Source: an uncultured Chlamydiales bacterium
GTDB taxonomy: Bacteria > Chlamydiota > Chlamydiia > Chlamydiales > Rhabdochlamydiaceae
DNA: 64,000 bases
Assembly: GCA_963700985.1 (NCBI GenBank)
Contig: OY969554.1
Location: 960,001-1,024,000 of the forward strand
Reading direction: 5' to 3'
Part shown: positions 21,738 through 32,293 of the stretch, piece after piece
How positions within the stretch are numbered: position 1 is the first letter of the stretch
How the letters are laid out: every line of letters begins with the position of its first letter
Translations under genes and position numbers: made by a program
Notes under the pieces: model-generated
What the model saw: the letters and a program-made list of their open reading frames with translations, nothing else
Databases searched by the model: none
What the model was told of the DNA's origin: nothing

Positions 21738-23348
21738 ATGTACCTATGGTCCCTACGTAGCTCCTCCATAATAACGGCGTTGTTTCTTTTGCTTTTTTCT
21801 CCGCTTGCGCTCTCGGCCAGAGAACGTCCAGATGCAAAAGAAGCAAAGAAGGCCTCTCTTTCTATAGAGGAACTCAAATTAAAATCTCTCTTTAACAGCT
21901 TAGACCCTCTCTCAATTACTCAACATTTAGCCTTCTACGAACTCTATCCTAACTCCAGCTACGGACAAGAAGCGCTTTCTAAAGCTTGGCAGCTTTTAAA
22001 CGGCGGAAAAGAGATCAATGGCGCCACAAACCTTCCCTTTCCCAAGTTCGACATCCAAGCCATCATCTCGCTGATTACACGCCAATCCTACGACACTCCC
22101 CCTCTGCTGAATGCGGAGCAACTCGCACTCATTGAAAAATTCAGCGAAAGCCTAGCTAACTATAAGCTTAAAGGCCACCAGACATGGAAAAATGAAGAGC
22201 TCTCCCAGCTTCCTTCCGAAGAAATAGATCTGGCTCGTGCACTGCTTCTCTATCAATTCGATCAGCATCAAGATCCTCTATTTGCCGCCAGACAATATGA
22301 AGCCAGCATCGATCTCATGGCCTTGCAAATCCGCGCACGCTTAACACCTAATGCCTCCGACGAAGAGAAGATCCGTGAAATCAATCGCTTCATCTTCCAA
22401 GAAATGCTCTTTCGCTTCCCGCCCCATTCGCTGCATGCTAAAGACATCGATTTATATACTTTTCTTCCCTCAGTACTCGACAATCGCCAGGGCGTCTGCC
22501 TAGGCGTTTCCATCCTCTACCTCTGCTTGGCTCAACGCTTAGATCTGCATCTTGAAATCATCACACCACCAGGTCACATTTTCTTGCGTTACGAAGGCAG
22601 TGACGGCAAAGTGATCAACATCGAAACAACTGCGCGTGGCATCCATCTGCCCGATGAAGTCTATTTAGGCATCAATACACGCAAACTCGAAAAGCGCACC
22701 ATGAAAGAAGTTGTCGGGCTGGCTTTTATGAACCAAGCTTCCGTCTTCTGGGGAAAAGAAGATTACAAAACCACAGTTGAGCTGTATGAAAAAGCACAAC
22801 GCTTTCTTGGCGACGATCGCTTATTGAAAATGTTTCTAGGTATGAACTACTTATTCATAGGCAAAAAGAAAGAAGGCAAAATGCTCCTTCAAGAACTCAG
22901 CAACTACACCTTCGATTCCGCCGTTTCAGCGGAAACATTACCCGATGATTATCTCAAAGGCAGAATTGATGCTGACGGACTTAAAGTGATCTTCTTGCCC
23001 GTAGATGAAACGCGTGCTTCTGTAGTTGAAAAACAGAAACAGCTAAAACAACTACTGCAGCGCTACCCCCTTTTTCGCGCCGGTGTATTCCAACTCGCCA
23101 CCACCTGGCTACAACTCGGTAGAGGCAGCGAAGCTTTAGAAGTTCTCGAACAATATCATAAGATCGACCCTAACTCATCCACAGTCGAATATTATCTCTC
23201 TTCAATTTCCTTGCAGCGCATGGACTATCTAAATGCTTGGAAATTTCTCAAAAACGCCGAAGCGCTTACACAAGCGCGCGATCATAATCCCAAAGCCTTA
23301 AAAGGCATGCGCAGCCAACTTCGCCACATGTGCCCCGACCCGAATTAA
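21738..23348 (+). CDS. Transglutaminase-like (SirB1-type) protein with TPR-like helices
   Basis: Signal-like N-terminus; GVCLGVSILYL..AQRL...PPGHIFLRY. Confidence 0.78.
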   Translation: MYLWSLRSSSIITALFLLLFSPLALSARERPDAKEAKKASLSIEELKLKSLFNSLDPLSITQHLAFYELYPNSSYGQEALSKAWQLLNGGKEINGATNLPFPKFDIQAIISLITRQSYDTPPLLNAEQLALIEKFSESLANYKLKGHQTWKNEELSQLPSEEIDLARALLLYQFDQHQDPLFAARQYEASIDLMALQIRARLTPNASDEEKIREINRFIFQEMLFRFPPHSLHAKDIDLYTFLPSVLDNRQGVCLGVSILYLCLAQRLDLHLEIITPPGHIFLRYEGSDGKVINIETTARGIHLPDEVYLGINTRKLEKRTMKEVVGLAFMNQASVFWGKEDYKTTVELYEKAQRFLGDDRLLKMFLGMNYLFIGKKKEGKMLLQELSNYTFDSAVSAETLPDDYLKGRIDADGLKVIFLPVDETRASVVEKQKQLKQLLQRYPLFRAGVFQLATTWLQLGRGSEALEVLEQYHKIDPNSSTVEYYLSSISLQRMDYLNAWKFLKNAEALTQARDHNPKALKGMRSQLRHMCPDPN

Positions 23349-23466
23349 ACCATTCCCTCCTCTCTTTTTTTCGTGCCCGTGCCCGCGTGAGTGCCCGATC
23401 TTTTTTTTCTTTTAATAGTTGCGGATTTGATCCTCTTCTCTTAAAAAGAAGAAAAAGAGGCCCATC

Positions 23467-23931
23467 ATGTTTTTAAGAATTTCTATTTTCTGTCTTGCTA
23501 ACTTTTTTGCTGCGGGCGAGCTCATAGCAGTTAGCCTAGATCAAATGATGACGCCTGCTGATAAAGAACAAACCGGCTATTCCAGTCTAAATGCAGCCCA
23601 AAGACAAGCCCTTGACACTTGGGTTGGACAAAATTTTTCTCCCAAAAGCTCAACCTCTCAAGCTCAGGGTGTAAAAAAAGGGAATTCCAAAATCGAATAT
23701 TCCACCCTTTCTCTCTCGCTTAATATCGACAGCGGCCAAAAGCTCATCTTAAGCGATAACTCTCAGTGGGAAGTTGCACCAAGTGACGTAGATACAGCTT
23801 CTACATGGCTCTCGCCAGTCCAAATCAGCATCCGCCCTAGCGACGATCCCAACTATCCTCAAAAGCTCGTCAACCTGGAGACTAATACCTGGGTTAAAGT
23901 AAGACGGGTAGCCCCTATCCCTTCTGAATAG
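23467..23931 (+). CDS. Hypothetical exported protein
   Basis: GAGG SD; signal-peptide-like N-terminus; 154 aa. Confidence 0.7.
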   Translation: MFLRISIFCLANFFAAGELIAVSLDQMMTPADKEQTGYSSLNAAQRQALDTWVGQNFSPKSSTSQAQGVKKGNSKIEYSTLSLSLNIDSGQKLILSDNSQWEVAPSDVDTASTWLSPVQISIRPSDDPNYPQKLVNLETNTWVKVRRVAPIPSE

Positions 23932-23962
23932 AAGTATGATTTTCGGCATTTGTCGCAAAAGA

Positions 23963-25009
23963 TTAATCTAAGCGATTTATCTTATATCGGGATGCTTTTT
24001 TGATCCCTTCTTGAGAGATAAGTCCTTTTTCTATCAAGTCAGCTAGATCTCTTTGCAAAGATCGTCTATTAACTCCAGGACAGAGAGATTCATAATCCTG
24101 GATCGTAAAATCTTCTTCTCTTACTAGCAGACTTTCCAAAGCTTGTTTTTGTCTTTCAGAAAGCTTGTATTGATGCACCAAAACATCCAATTTCATCGCA
24201 TGAGATCCTTTTTGCTGGATTTCACGCATTTGGGTCTCTAGCGCCTTGGTGAAATATTCGAGCCAGCTTGTCAGATCCATGTTGTTGTTTCTGACTGATT
24301 GGAGTGCTTGATAGTAATCTTGTCGATTCCGATCGTAATACTCACTAATTGTAAAAAGTCTTTTAAAGTCATAGCCTGAGCGATAGAGACATAAAGTAGA
24401 CAATAGTCGAGATGTTCTGCCATTACCATCGATAAAAGGATGGATATGGACGAGCTGAAACTGCGCGATCCCAGCTACAAGCACGGCAGGAATTGTTCGT
24501 TCATTCTGCAGCCAATCCACCAATTCATCCATATGGATAGGAACATCGTAGGGTGCTGGCGGAGTATAAATAATCTCTCGGGTTTTTGAATTAGCCACGT
24601 AATTTTGAATAGCCCTGTATTGCCCTGGCTGAGCACTATTTCCTCGCACGCCTTCGACAAGACGCCTATGAATTTCCCTAATTAGAGCTTCGGTGATTGC
24701 TCCTTGAGAAAACACATAATCCGCAACAAAATCAAAAGCCTTTCTATAATTCAGCAGCTCCTTTACATCTTCTGAATCGACACCAGACATTTTTTCTCCA
24801 GCAATGAGCCTCTCAGACTGGTCCAGGCTTAAATGCGTACCTTCTATATGCGTTGTATGGTGAGCTTCCAAAATCAAGGCACGGGCCTGCATTTTAGACA
24901 CCCAATCTTTCGAAAGCTTGGCAGCTTCAAGAAATCCTCGAGTACGTTCAATTGCAGTAAGCGCAGATGCAATGGCGATAGAAATTGTGAATTTTGGTTG
25001 AAAAGGCAT
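23963..25009 (-). CDS. Fic family protein with C-terminal winged HTH
   Basis: [12 protein letters not shown] catalytic motif; N-terminal TTHIEG inhibitory motif; [20 protein letters not shown]. Confidence 0.93.
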   Translation of the reverse strand: MPFQPKFTISIAIASALTAIERTRGFLEAAKLSKDWVSKMQARALILEAHHTTHIEGTHLSLDQSERLIAGEKMSGVDSEDVKELLNYRKAFDFVADYVFSQGAITEALIREIHRRLVEGVRGNSAQPGQYRAIQNYVANSKTREIIYTPPAPYDVPIHMDELVDWLQNERTIPAVLVAGIAQFQLVHIHPFIDGNGRTSRLLSTLCLYRSGYDFKRLFTISEYYDRNRQDYYQALQSVRNNNMDLTSWLEYFTKALETQMREIQQKGSHAMKLDVLVHQYKLSERQKQALESLLVREEDFTIQDYESLCPGVNRRSLQRDLADLIEKGLISQEGIKKASRYKINRLD

Positions 25010-25010
25010 G

Positions 25011-25132
25011 TTTTTACGACACTTTTTTCTTTATTATGTCACAAAAAAGCACCTTTGACAACTCTCTTTTGATATTTACGACACTTTTACGACGCTTTTT
25101 ACGACATAATCTTCCAAAAAATGTCGTAAAAA
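25011..25132. promoter_or_regulatory. Operator-like repeat array upstream of the fic gene
   Basis: Two inverted repeats TTTTTACGACA-N15-TGTC(AC/GT)AAAAA plus two extra TTTACGAC half-sites. Confidence 0.7.
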
Positions 25133-25272
25133 TGGGGTTAAAAATAAGCAGAATTTGTGACTTAAGCACCTAGTTCTCCACCTCTACCAAGAAGCTCAGG
25201 CAGCGGCCTTGCACTCCAGCGGCGCATTCAGCAATCTCTAATTTAAGTCAGAAGAGTCGAAAGAACGCAAAG

Positions 25273-26691
25273 CTATTTACGGTGCTTAATCTTATTTAAG
25301 CCATTGAGGGCTGCAATGCGGTAACCTTCGGCATAGGTGGGATAATTAAAGACCTGATCGATGAAATAATCCAGCCGCGCACTAAAGCTCATGGCTACCT
25401 GGCCAATGTGAATCAGTTCGGTCGCAGCACGACCAATAATATGAATGCCTAGAATTTCTAGTGTATCTGCGTGGAAAAGAATCTTAAACAGCCCAGGGTC
25501 ATTGCCAGAGATCTGATTACGGGCGATCTCATAATAATACGCACGCCCCACTTCATAACGAAAACCTAGCTCTTTAAGCTGAGTTTCGGTGTAGCCGCAT
25601 GAAGAGATCTCAGGGATGGTATAAATGCCGATAGGATAGAGAGTCGGGAAGTGATGCGTAGTGACCCCAAATGCATGACGGCTAGCGAGGCGCCCTTGCT
25701 CCATGCTCGTCGAAGCAAGTGCAGGCAAGCCAATCACATCACCGGCCGCGTAAATATGTGGTACCACGGTTTGAAAGAGCGCATTCACCGGAATGTAGCC
25801 CTGCTTATCCACCGCAATGCCCGCTTTTTCTATCTGCAGCCGTTCGACATTCGCCTCACGGCCTAATGCATAGAGCAGCACCTCTGCACGCAAGATCTGT
25901 CCATCGTTGAATAGAGCTTCAACGTGATCATCTTTGCGGGAGACTTTTTCAAGCTGGACATTACCCACCACTTTCAATCCTAAACTACTTAGAGCCTTCT
26001 GCAGATGGATCCCGATTTCATCATCGAGGAGTGGAAGAAGATGCGGACGTTTATCTGCCACAGTGACTTCAGTGCCTAGCGCAGCAAAAAAGCTCGCATA
26101 CTCTGAACCAACAATGCCGCCACCCAGCACAAGCATCGTTTTGGGCACATGGTCGATACTTAAAAGACGCGTGGAATCGAGAATTTTTTCATTGTCGAAG
26201 GGAATATTCATGGGGTTGCGCGGCTGCGATCCACTAGAAATAAGGAAATACTCGCCTTTGATACGCTGCAAGACCTTTCCCTGCTCATCTTCGATAAAAA
26301 TGAGGTGGGGATCTTCAAAACGCGCTCGGCCTGCAATCAGGCGGATCTTATTTCTTTCAAATTGCCGTAATAATACCTTGCGCTGTTCGTCTAGAATTTT
26401 ATTGAGACGGTAGTTGAGATCATTAATCGAGACCTCTTTTTTCAAGCTCTCTTGACCGTAAAAACTTCTCTTATAAAAATCTGTTAAATCGAGAATTGCC
26501 TCTCTTAGTGATTTAGACGGGATTGTGCCTGAATTGAGGGAAGCACCCCCAATCACATCTTTTTCGATCACAATGACCGATTTTCCCAGCTTAGCAGCTT
26601 GGACAGCGGCTTTCTGACCTGCCGGCCCCGACCCGATGATCACAAAATCTGCGTAGAGTTCTTCCGGCACCTCTTCGAACCTCCAGTCCAT
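25273..26691 (-). CDS. sthA: Soluble pyridine nucleotide transhydrogenase
   Basis: [42 protein letters not shown]. Confidence 0.92.
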   Translation of the reverse strand: MDWRFEEVPEELYADFVIIGSGPAGQKAAVQAAKLGKSVIVIEKDVIGGASLNSGTIPSKSLREAILDLTDFYKRSFYGQESLKKEVSINDLNYRLNKILDEQRKVLLRQFERNKIRLIAGRARFEDPHLIFIEDEQGKVLQRIKGEYFLISSGSQPRNPMNIPFDNEKILDSTRLLSIDHVPKTMLVLGGGIVGSEYASFFAALGTEVTVADKRPHLLPLLDDEIGIHLQKALSSLGLKVVGNVQLEKVSRKDDHVEALFNDGQILRAEVLLYALGREANVERLQIEKAGIAVDKQGYIPVNALFQTVVPHIYAAGDVIGLPALASTSMEQGRLASRHAFGVTTHHFPTLYPIGIYTIPEISSCGYTETQLKELGFRYEVGRAYYYEIARNQISGNDPGLFKILFHADTLEILGIHIIGRAATELIHIGQVAMSFSARLDYFIDQVFNYPTYAEGYRIAALNGLNKIKHRK

Positions 26692-26816
26692 TAAAAAATA
26701 AACTTAACAATCTAAGCACGCATTGTCAAATTAAACAAGAATCGTCGAAAATGTTGTTCTATAACAAACGAGTTGTTATGATCGCCCTCATTCAACATTT
26801 GTTCACGAGTAAGAAG

Positions 26817-27092
26817 ATGCCAAGAAAATGTCAAGTAACAGGCAAAACCCCAGCTAGGGGCAACAGCTACGCAATCCGCGGGATTGCCAAAAAGAAAAAA
26901 GGGATCGGCCTTAAAGTTACAGGTGTAACTAAGCGCCGCTTTAACCCTAATTTGATCAAAAAACGCTTCTGGTTTGGCGAAGAGAACCGCTTCGTGACAC
27001 TGACACTTTCAGCTCACGGAATGCGCATTCTCGATAAGCGCGGCCTAGCCCCTGTAGTTCGCGAAATGCGCGCTGCCGGTGAAAAAATCTAA
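26817..27092 (+). CDS. rpmB: 50S ribosomal protein L28
   Basis: [10 protein letters not shown]...TKRRFNPNL; likely start ATG 26817. Confidence 0.96.
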   Translation: MPRKCQVTGKTPARGNSYAIRGIAKKKKGIGLKVTGVTKRRFNPNLIKKRFWFGEENRFVTLTLSAHGMRILDKRGLAPVVREMRAAGEKI

Positions 27093-28056
27093 GCAGAAGC
27101 TTTTTGCACTTTTTCTAAGCATAGCCGCAATTTTTTGCGGCTATATTTGGATTGCCCTTGCGGCTCCTACAGAACTCGTTCCAAGCCCTTCGAATCCCCT
27201 TCTACTCTACTCGAATCAATCTCGCAACGATCTACAAACGCTCTTTGCTCAGGCTATTAAAGAAGCAAAAAACTCCCTGCATATCTCCATGTATGCTCTG
27301 ACCGACCCCTACCTCCTTTCATTGCTGAACAAGCAGGCTAAAAAAGGTGTAAAAACAACCATTTTTTATGATCCTACCGCCACGACAGAACTTCCCCTCA
27401 ATGACCACTGTTTTGCCTATCCGATCCATTTAAGCGGCGCGCTTATGCATCGAAAAATCTTGATCGCAGATAACGAGAAGGTATTTATCGGTTCGGCCAA
27501 CTTCACCACCACTTCTTTAAAAATTCACGATAACCTCGTAGCTGGGATCTTTCACCCCGAACTTGCGCATTTTTTAACCCATTGTGAAAGTTCATTTTTT
27601 AATTTTACAAATGGCGAGCTCTGGCTCTTGCCATCCATGGAAGCCTTAGAGCGCCTAATAAAACTCTTACAAACGGCCAAAAACCAGATCTATGTGGCCA
27701 TGTTCACCTTGACCCATCCGCGATTAACTCAGGCCTTAATTGACGCCCATGAACGCAAGGTCGATGTCCGAATAGCGGTAGACCACTACACCGCCGAAGG
27801 AGCCAGCCTATCTACGTTAAATGCCCTGCGGCAGGCGGGCATCCCTATTCATCTTTCAAGCGGCCAGCAGCTATTCCATCATAAGTGGGCCCTGATTGAC
27901 CAATCCACCCTCGTTCTAGGCTCGGCGAATTGGACAAAGGCCGCCTTTACGCATAACCAGGACTGCTTTATTATCTTGCCTGATCTTGCTTCAAAACAAA
28001 AAAATCAAATTAAGAAGATCTGGGAAATTATTGAATTAGAATCTATTGAACAATAA
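27079..28056 (+). CDS. Phospholipase D-family protein
   Basis: Two HKD motifs ([16 protein letters not shown]), each followed by GSAN. Confidence 0.92.
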   Translation: MKKSKQKLFALFLSIAAIFCGYIWIALAAPTELVPSPSNPLLLYSNQSRNDLQTLFAQAIKEAKNSLHISMYALTDPYLLSLLNKQAKKGVKTTIFYDPTATTELPLNDHCFAYPIHLSGALMHRKILIADNEKVFIGSANFTTTSLKIHDNLVAGIFHPELAHFLTHCESSFFNFTNGELWLLPSMEALERLIKLLQTAKNQIYVAMFTLTHPRLTQALIDAHERKVDVRIAVDHYTAEGASLSTLNALRQAGIPIHLSSGQQLFHHKWALIDQSTLVLGSANWTKAAFTHNQDCFIILPDLASKQKNQIKKIWEIIELESIEQ

Positions 28057-28084
28057 TACGAAGCACTTTAATAATTAAGATTAT

Positions 28085-28687
28085 ATGCACACAATGTGGA
28101 TCATCTTCTCAGTAGCCTTTCCTCTCTTTCTATTGATGGATCCCATCGGTAACGTTCCGCTATTTATCTCCCTCTTGAAGCGATACAACCCGGCAAAACA
28201 ACGCAAAATTATCCTGCGCGAACTCTTTATCGCACTGCTTGTCATCATCAGTTTCAACTTCGTGGGCGATGGGATTCTCGCACTGCTAGCTGTCGAGCAA
28301 TATACGACGATGATCGCCGGCGGGATTATCCTCTTCTTAATCGCGTTGAAAATGATCTTTCCAAATAGCCATGATCATGATGGTGACCTGGCGTATCAGA
28401 AAGAACCTTATATCGTACCTTTAGCGATTCCATTGGTGGCAGGCCCTGCAGTTTTAGCCGCGGTCATGCTCTTTGCACACGATCACCCTATCTCTATCAC
28501 TGTTCCTGCAATTATTATTGCGTGGCTAGCTTCGGTGATTATTCTTCTGGCAAGCTCCTTCTTAAAACATCTGCTCGGCTGGCGCGGGATCTCAGCTTGC
28601 GAACGGCTGATGGGTCTTATCTTAACTCTAATCGCTGTAGAGATGTTCCTCAAAGGACTCACTCTCTATCGGGCAACAGTTACCTAA
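28085..28687 (+). CDS. MarC family membrane protein
   Basis: MDPIGNVP, VPLAIPLVAGP, ERLMGLIL. Confidence 0.92.
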   Translation: MHTMWIIFSVAFPLFLLMDPIGNVPLFISLLKRYNPAKQRKIILRELFIALLVIISFNFVGDGILALLAVEQYTTMIAGGIILFLIALKMIFPNSHDHDGDLAYQKEPYIVPLAIPLVAGPAVLAAVMLFAHDHPISITVPAIIIAWLASVIILLASSFLKHLLGWRGISACERLMGLILTLIAVEMFLKGLTLYRATVT

Positions 28688-28694
28688 ACGCTTT

Positions 28695-29453
28695 ATGCAG
28701 AACATCAAAATGACCATTGCCTATGAAGGCACAGCCTATTTGGGCTGGCAGAAAACCCGTACGGGGAAAAGCATTGAAGCGGAATTAGAAATTGCGCTCA
28801 AGCGCATCTTGCAAGAAGAAGTTACGCTGCAAGCTGCAAGCCGCACAGATCGGGGCGTGCATGCCCATGGACAAGTGGTTAACTTCTTTAGACAGCGCAC
28901 CGAAATGGATTTAAACCTCGTACAGAAAGGCTTAAATGCTGTGCTGCCGAAAGATATTTCAGTAAAGTCATTAGAGGAAGTTGAGAGCACATTTCACCCA
29001 ACGCTTAATTGCACCGCTAAAGAATACAATTACATCATTTGCAATACACCCGTGCAACTACCCTTCTTTCGCCATAGTTCTTGGCACGTGAGTGCTCCTC
29101 TTTTGCTAGATGCGATGCGCCAAGCTGCCCAGACACTTTTAGGCGAGCACGACTTCTCTGCTTTCTGCAACGAGCGCGCGCTCTGGTCTAAAAGCAGTAT
29201 CTGCCGGCTTTTAGAAATCACCCTCACCCCTTTTGAAGATGATCGCCTCAAAATCTCCATCATCGGCGACCACTTTCTCTACAAAATGGTGCGCAACATC
29301 GTAGGCACACTGGTTTATGTGGGGATGGGCAAGCTCACCTGGGAAGCAGTGCCTCTGATCCTAGCTCAAAAAGACCGCACGCAAGGGGGCATTACTGCAC
29401 CTGCACACGGCCTTGTGCTTAAGCAGGTTTTTTACACTTCAACTGGTTCTTGA
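28695..29453 (+). CDS. truA: tRNA pseudouridine(38-40) synthase
   Basis: YEGTAYLGWQ, SRTDRGVHA, FLYKMVRNIVG, TAPAHGL. Confidence 0.96.
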   Translation: MQNIKMTIAYEGTAYLGWQKTRTGKSIEAELEIALKRILQEEVTLQAASRTDRGVHAHGQVVNFFRQRTEMDLNLVQKGLNAVLPKDISVKSLEEVESTFHPTLNCTAKEYNYIICNTPVQLPFFRHSSWHVSAPLLLDAMRQAAQTLLGEHDFSAFCNERALWSKSSICRLLEITLTPFEDDRLKISIIGDHFLYKMVRNIVGTLVYVGMGKLTWEAVPLILAQKDRTQGGITAPAHGLVLKQVFYTSTGS

Positions 29454-29485
29454 ACAAAACAGCTTTATTTACCTAAACTGCTGCC

Positions 29486-30361
29486 ATGATTTCTCGAAAC
29501 GATCCCTGCTGGTGCGGAAGTAATGCCAAGTGGAAAAAATGCCACTTTCCTACTCCCCCGCCCTCAGGTCCCATCTATCTCGCCGAGCAGTATCTAAAAA
29601 AATTCGGCATCCTCATCAAGAATGCAGATCAGATCGCCGGCATCAAACACGCATGCACGCTGGCAGCAAGCATTCTAGATAAACTATGCAAAATGGCTGT
29701 GGCAGGCGTGACCACCAACGCATTGAATGAGTACGCCAACAAACTGCACAATGAAGCCGGCGCGATTCCCGCCCCGTTGGGTTATGGCTCTCCCCCTTTC
29801 CCTAAAAGCATCTGCACCTCTTTAAACGAAGTGATTTGTCACGGTATTCCCAATGATATCCCCCTAAAAGAAGGTGATATCGTCAATATCGATGTCACCT
29901 CGTTAATCAATGGCTATTATGGCGACTGCAGCGCGATGGTCTGTATTGGAAAAGTAGATGCGGACAAGCAGAAAGTCGTGGATGTTTCTTACGAATGCCT
30001 CATGCGCTCAATCGCCATTTTAAAGCCCGGCGTGCTGCTGCATGAAATTGGCGATGTGATTGAAGATTATGCTCGCAAACAGAACTGCTCAGTCGTGAAT
30101 CAATTTGCAGGACACGGCATCGGCATTGGCTTCCATGAGCCACCCCAGATCGCGCATCATTATAATCACATGAAAATCCCTCTTGTCGAGGGCATGACTT
30201 TTACGATCGAACCCATGATCAACGCCGGCGTACGCACAGCCGTTATCGATCCCAACGATCGCTGGACCGCCCGCACCGAAGATGGCCGCCCCAGCGCTCA
30301 ATGGGAACACACCATACTTATCACCGCTTCTGGCTACGAAATCCTCACCAAGCTCCCTTGA
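29486..30361 (+). CDS. map: Methionine aminopeptidase with N-terminal SEC-C motif
   Basis: RNDPCWCGS..KWKKCH; CHGIP, GHGIG.FHE, TIEPMIN, QWEHT. Confidence 0.96.
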   Translation: MISRNDPCWCGSNAKWKKCHFPTPPPSGPIYLAEQYLKKFGILIKNADQIAGIKHACTLAASILDKLCKMAVAGVTTNALNEYANKLHNEAGAIPAPLGYGSPPFPKSICTSLNEVICHGIPNDIPLKEGDIVNIDVTSLINGYYGDCSAMVCIGKVDADKQKVVDVSYECLMRSIAILKPGVLLHEIGDVIEDYARKQNCSVVNQFAGHGIGIGFHEPPQIAHHYNHMKIPLVEGMTFTIEPMINAGVRTAVIDPNDRWTARTEDGRPSAQWEHTILITASGYEILTKLP

Positions 30362-30367
30362 TTCTTG

Positions 30368-30403
30368 TTTGGAGTGCGTGCGACAAAGTCGCCGCACTCT
30401 AAA
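30368..30403. terminator. Hairpin between convergent genes (terminator or REP-like)
   Basis: TTTGGAGTGCG-T-GCGAC-AAA-GTCGC-CGCACTCTAAA followed by an A-tract. Confidence 0.7.
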
Positions 30404-30410
30404 AAAAACA

Positions 30411-31862
30411 TCACTTGTCTGCTAGTCTTCTAAGAACATCGTCATTCTCTTTGACAGTCTGATTTAGCAGCTTTTTGAAATGTGAGTCACTCTGATGGCA
30501 AAGCGAGAGGATACGCGCAACGGTTAGAAATCCCTGCTCGAAACGATCCAGGCTAAAATGCTCATTGGGAGCGTGGATGTTGTCATCATCGAGGCCCATG
30601 CCAAAGAGCACGGCATCAGCGCCAGATGCTTCTACAAGCGCAGGAACGATGGGAACGGACGCCCCACACAATTGATAACGACATGGCTGTCCGAAGACAT
30701 CTTCGAGGGCTTGCGCAGTAACTTTAGCAGCGGATGAATTCATAGAAGCTTGAAAGGCTTTTGCACCTTCAAAGAGTTTCGTTTCGACATGCATGCCTTT
30801 TGGGGCGTGCTGCGTTAAAAAATTCAAAACGCTCTGCCCAACTTTTTGCGGATCTTGTTCGCCCACTAATCTGCAGGAGAGCTTCGCTTCAGCTTTGGCA
30901 GGAATCACAGTTTTAACTCCAGCGCCTGCATAGCCGCCTGTCATGCCATTAATCTCGAGCGCCGGACGCAGCCAATTTGATTCCAACGGCGAATAACTAT
31001 TCTCGATTGCCAAAGCTTTTACGCCAAATTTATGCGTATATTCCTCAAAATCAAAGCGCATATCCAACTTTGCCAGATCATGTCTGGGAAAGGCTTTTAC
31101 GCCTTCATAGAACCCAGGAACCGCAACTCTTCCATCTTCATCCCACAAACGCGCCAAGGCTGAAGCTAAAGCTCGATTGGGATTCAACGCAATGCCACCA
31201 TGAATGCCAGAATGGAGATCCGTATGAGCATTGCTATATGTAACAGTGCCAGTTACAAGACCGCGCATTCCCAGCGTAATGCCTGGCACATTAGCTTTAG
31301 GCATATCGAAATCAATCACAAATAGATGGTCGGCTTTAAGGTCGATCTTCTTTTGCGCAAGAAAAGCTGTTGTGCCTTTGCTGCCACACTCTTCTTCACC
31401 TTCGATAAAAATTTTAAGATTAAAATTGGCCTGTTTAGATAAATCTAGAAAAGCCTTAATTGCGCTGACTGAATAGAAACACTGTCCTTTATTGTCGACG
31501 GCTCCGCGTGCATAGACCACATTGTCTTTTAACACGGGCTTAAATGGATCAGAATGCCAAAGTTCAAGCGGATCGACGGGCTGCACATCATAGTGCTGAT
31601 AAATTAATACCGTAGGGCGACTTGGTCCTGCTTTCAAATGCGTGGCAAATACCACGGGCTTCCCACTGGTTTCTAAAACAGAACTATCAAGGCCAATCTG
31701 TTTCAAATAGCTTGAAAGCCATTCAGCGGTTTTTTGAGTTTCGTTTGAAAATTGCGGATCTGTGCTGATGCTGGGAAAGCTTAAAAAAGTGAAAAAATCG
31801 CGCAGAATCTCTTCGCGATGCGCGTCAAACCAGCGTTTGAAGTCTGCGACTGTTAGAGACAT
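30411..31862 (-). CDS. M20 family dipeptidase
   Basis: HYDVQP, ARGAVDNKGQ, EGEEE, DLHSG, HAPNE. Confidence 0.93.
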   Translation of the reverse strand: MSLTVADFKRWFDAHREEILRDFFTFLSFPSISTDPQFSNETQKTAEWLSSYLKQIGLDSSVLETSGKPVVFATHLKAGPSRPTVLIYQHYDVQPVDPLELWHSDPFKPVLKDNVVYARGAVDNKGQCFYSVSAIKAFLDLSKQANFNLKIFIEGEEECGSKGTTAFLAQKKIDLKADHLFVIDFDMPKANVPGITLGMRGLVTGTVTYSNAHTDLHSGIHGGIALNPNRALASALARLWDEDGRVAVPGFYEGVKAFPRHDLAKLDMRFDFEEYTHKFGVKALAIENSYSPLESNWLRPALEINGMTGGYAGAGVKTVIPAKAEAKLSCRLVGEQDPQKVGQSVLNFLTQHAPKGMHVETKLFEGAKAFQASMNSSAAKVTAQALEDVFGQPCRYQLCGASVPIVPALVEASGADAVLFGMGLDDDNIHAPNEHFSLDRFEQGFLTVARILSLCHQSDSHFKKLLNQTVKENDDVLRRLADK

Positions 31863-31874
31863 ATCAACCTCTGA

Positions 31875-32111
31875 TTAGAGTTGGATGTCGTCGTCGATAA
31901 CGCCCTGGGCGCTTTCAATAAGATAGGCTGCAAGACAGGCATCACCCTCATAACTCATCTCCACTTGCATATTGCCATCGGCGGATGGCTTACCGCATGT
32001 GATGAGGATGTAACAAGAATGATTTTTTGCTAAGACTTTTTTAACATCTTGAGGAACTTTTCTTTTTGTTAGCTGAGTGCGTTGTAAAATATTATTGATG
32101 AGTTTGCGCAT
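31875..32111 (-). CDS. Small hypothetical protein
   Basis: 78-aa ORF with ATG start and a distant upstream AGGAG; co-oriented with the M20 gene. Confidence 0.65.
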   Translation of the reverse strand: MRKLINNILQRTQLTKRKVPQDVKKVLAKNHSCYILITCGKPSADGNMQVEMSYEGDACLAAYLIESAQGVIDDDIQL

Positions 32112-32240
32112 AGACTTTTAAGAAAAGCTCCTAATCCAAATAGCTATTTAAAAAGTTCTGATGACATAAACAAGAATTTATGTGCAAACAAAAACATTTT
32201 TCTATGTAGCAAATCATATTTATAAAGGCACTCTATCGAG

Positions 32241-32269
32241 TTGACAAATGAGCCTAAAAGCTATTTAAT
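32241..32269 (+). promoter_or_regulatory. sigma66-type promoter of htpX
   Basis: TTGACA-17nt-TTTAAT. Confidence 0.6.
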
Positions 32270-32293
32270 TAATGGGAAAAGCGGAGCATTAAA

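Noticed and set aside
25150-25270. Spacer between fic and sthA as a possible ncRNA
   Set aside because: No convincing stem or second copy found
25273-26691. Missing Cys in the SthA GGxCxxxGT motif, or assignment as LpdA
   Set aside because: The C-terminal FNYPT motif supports SthA; lack of a redox disulfide is expected and this variant is weak evidence of novelty
29486-29550. SEC-C motif on methionine aminopeptidase as a novelty
   Set aside because: Known in chlamydial MAP
32225-32251. CIRCE-like site upstream of htpX
   Set aside because: Only a partial left half-site (GGCACTC); the right arm does not match GAGTGCTAA
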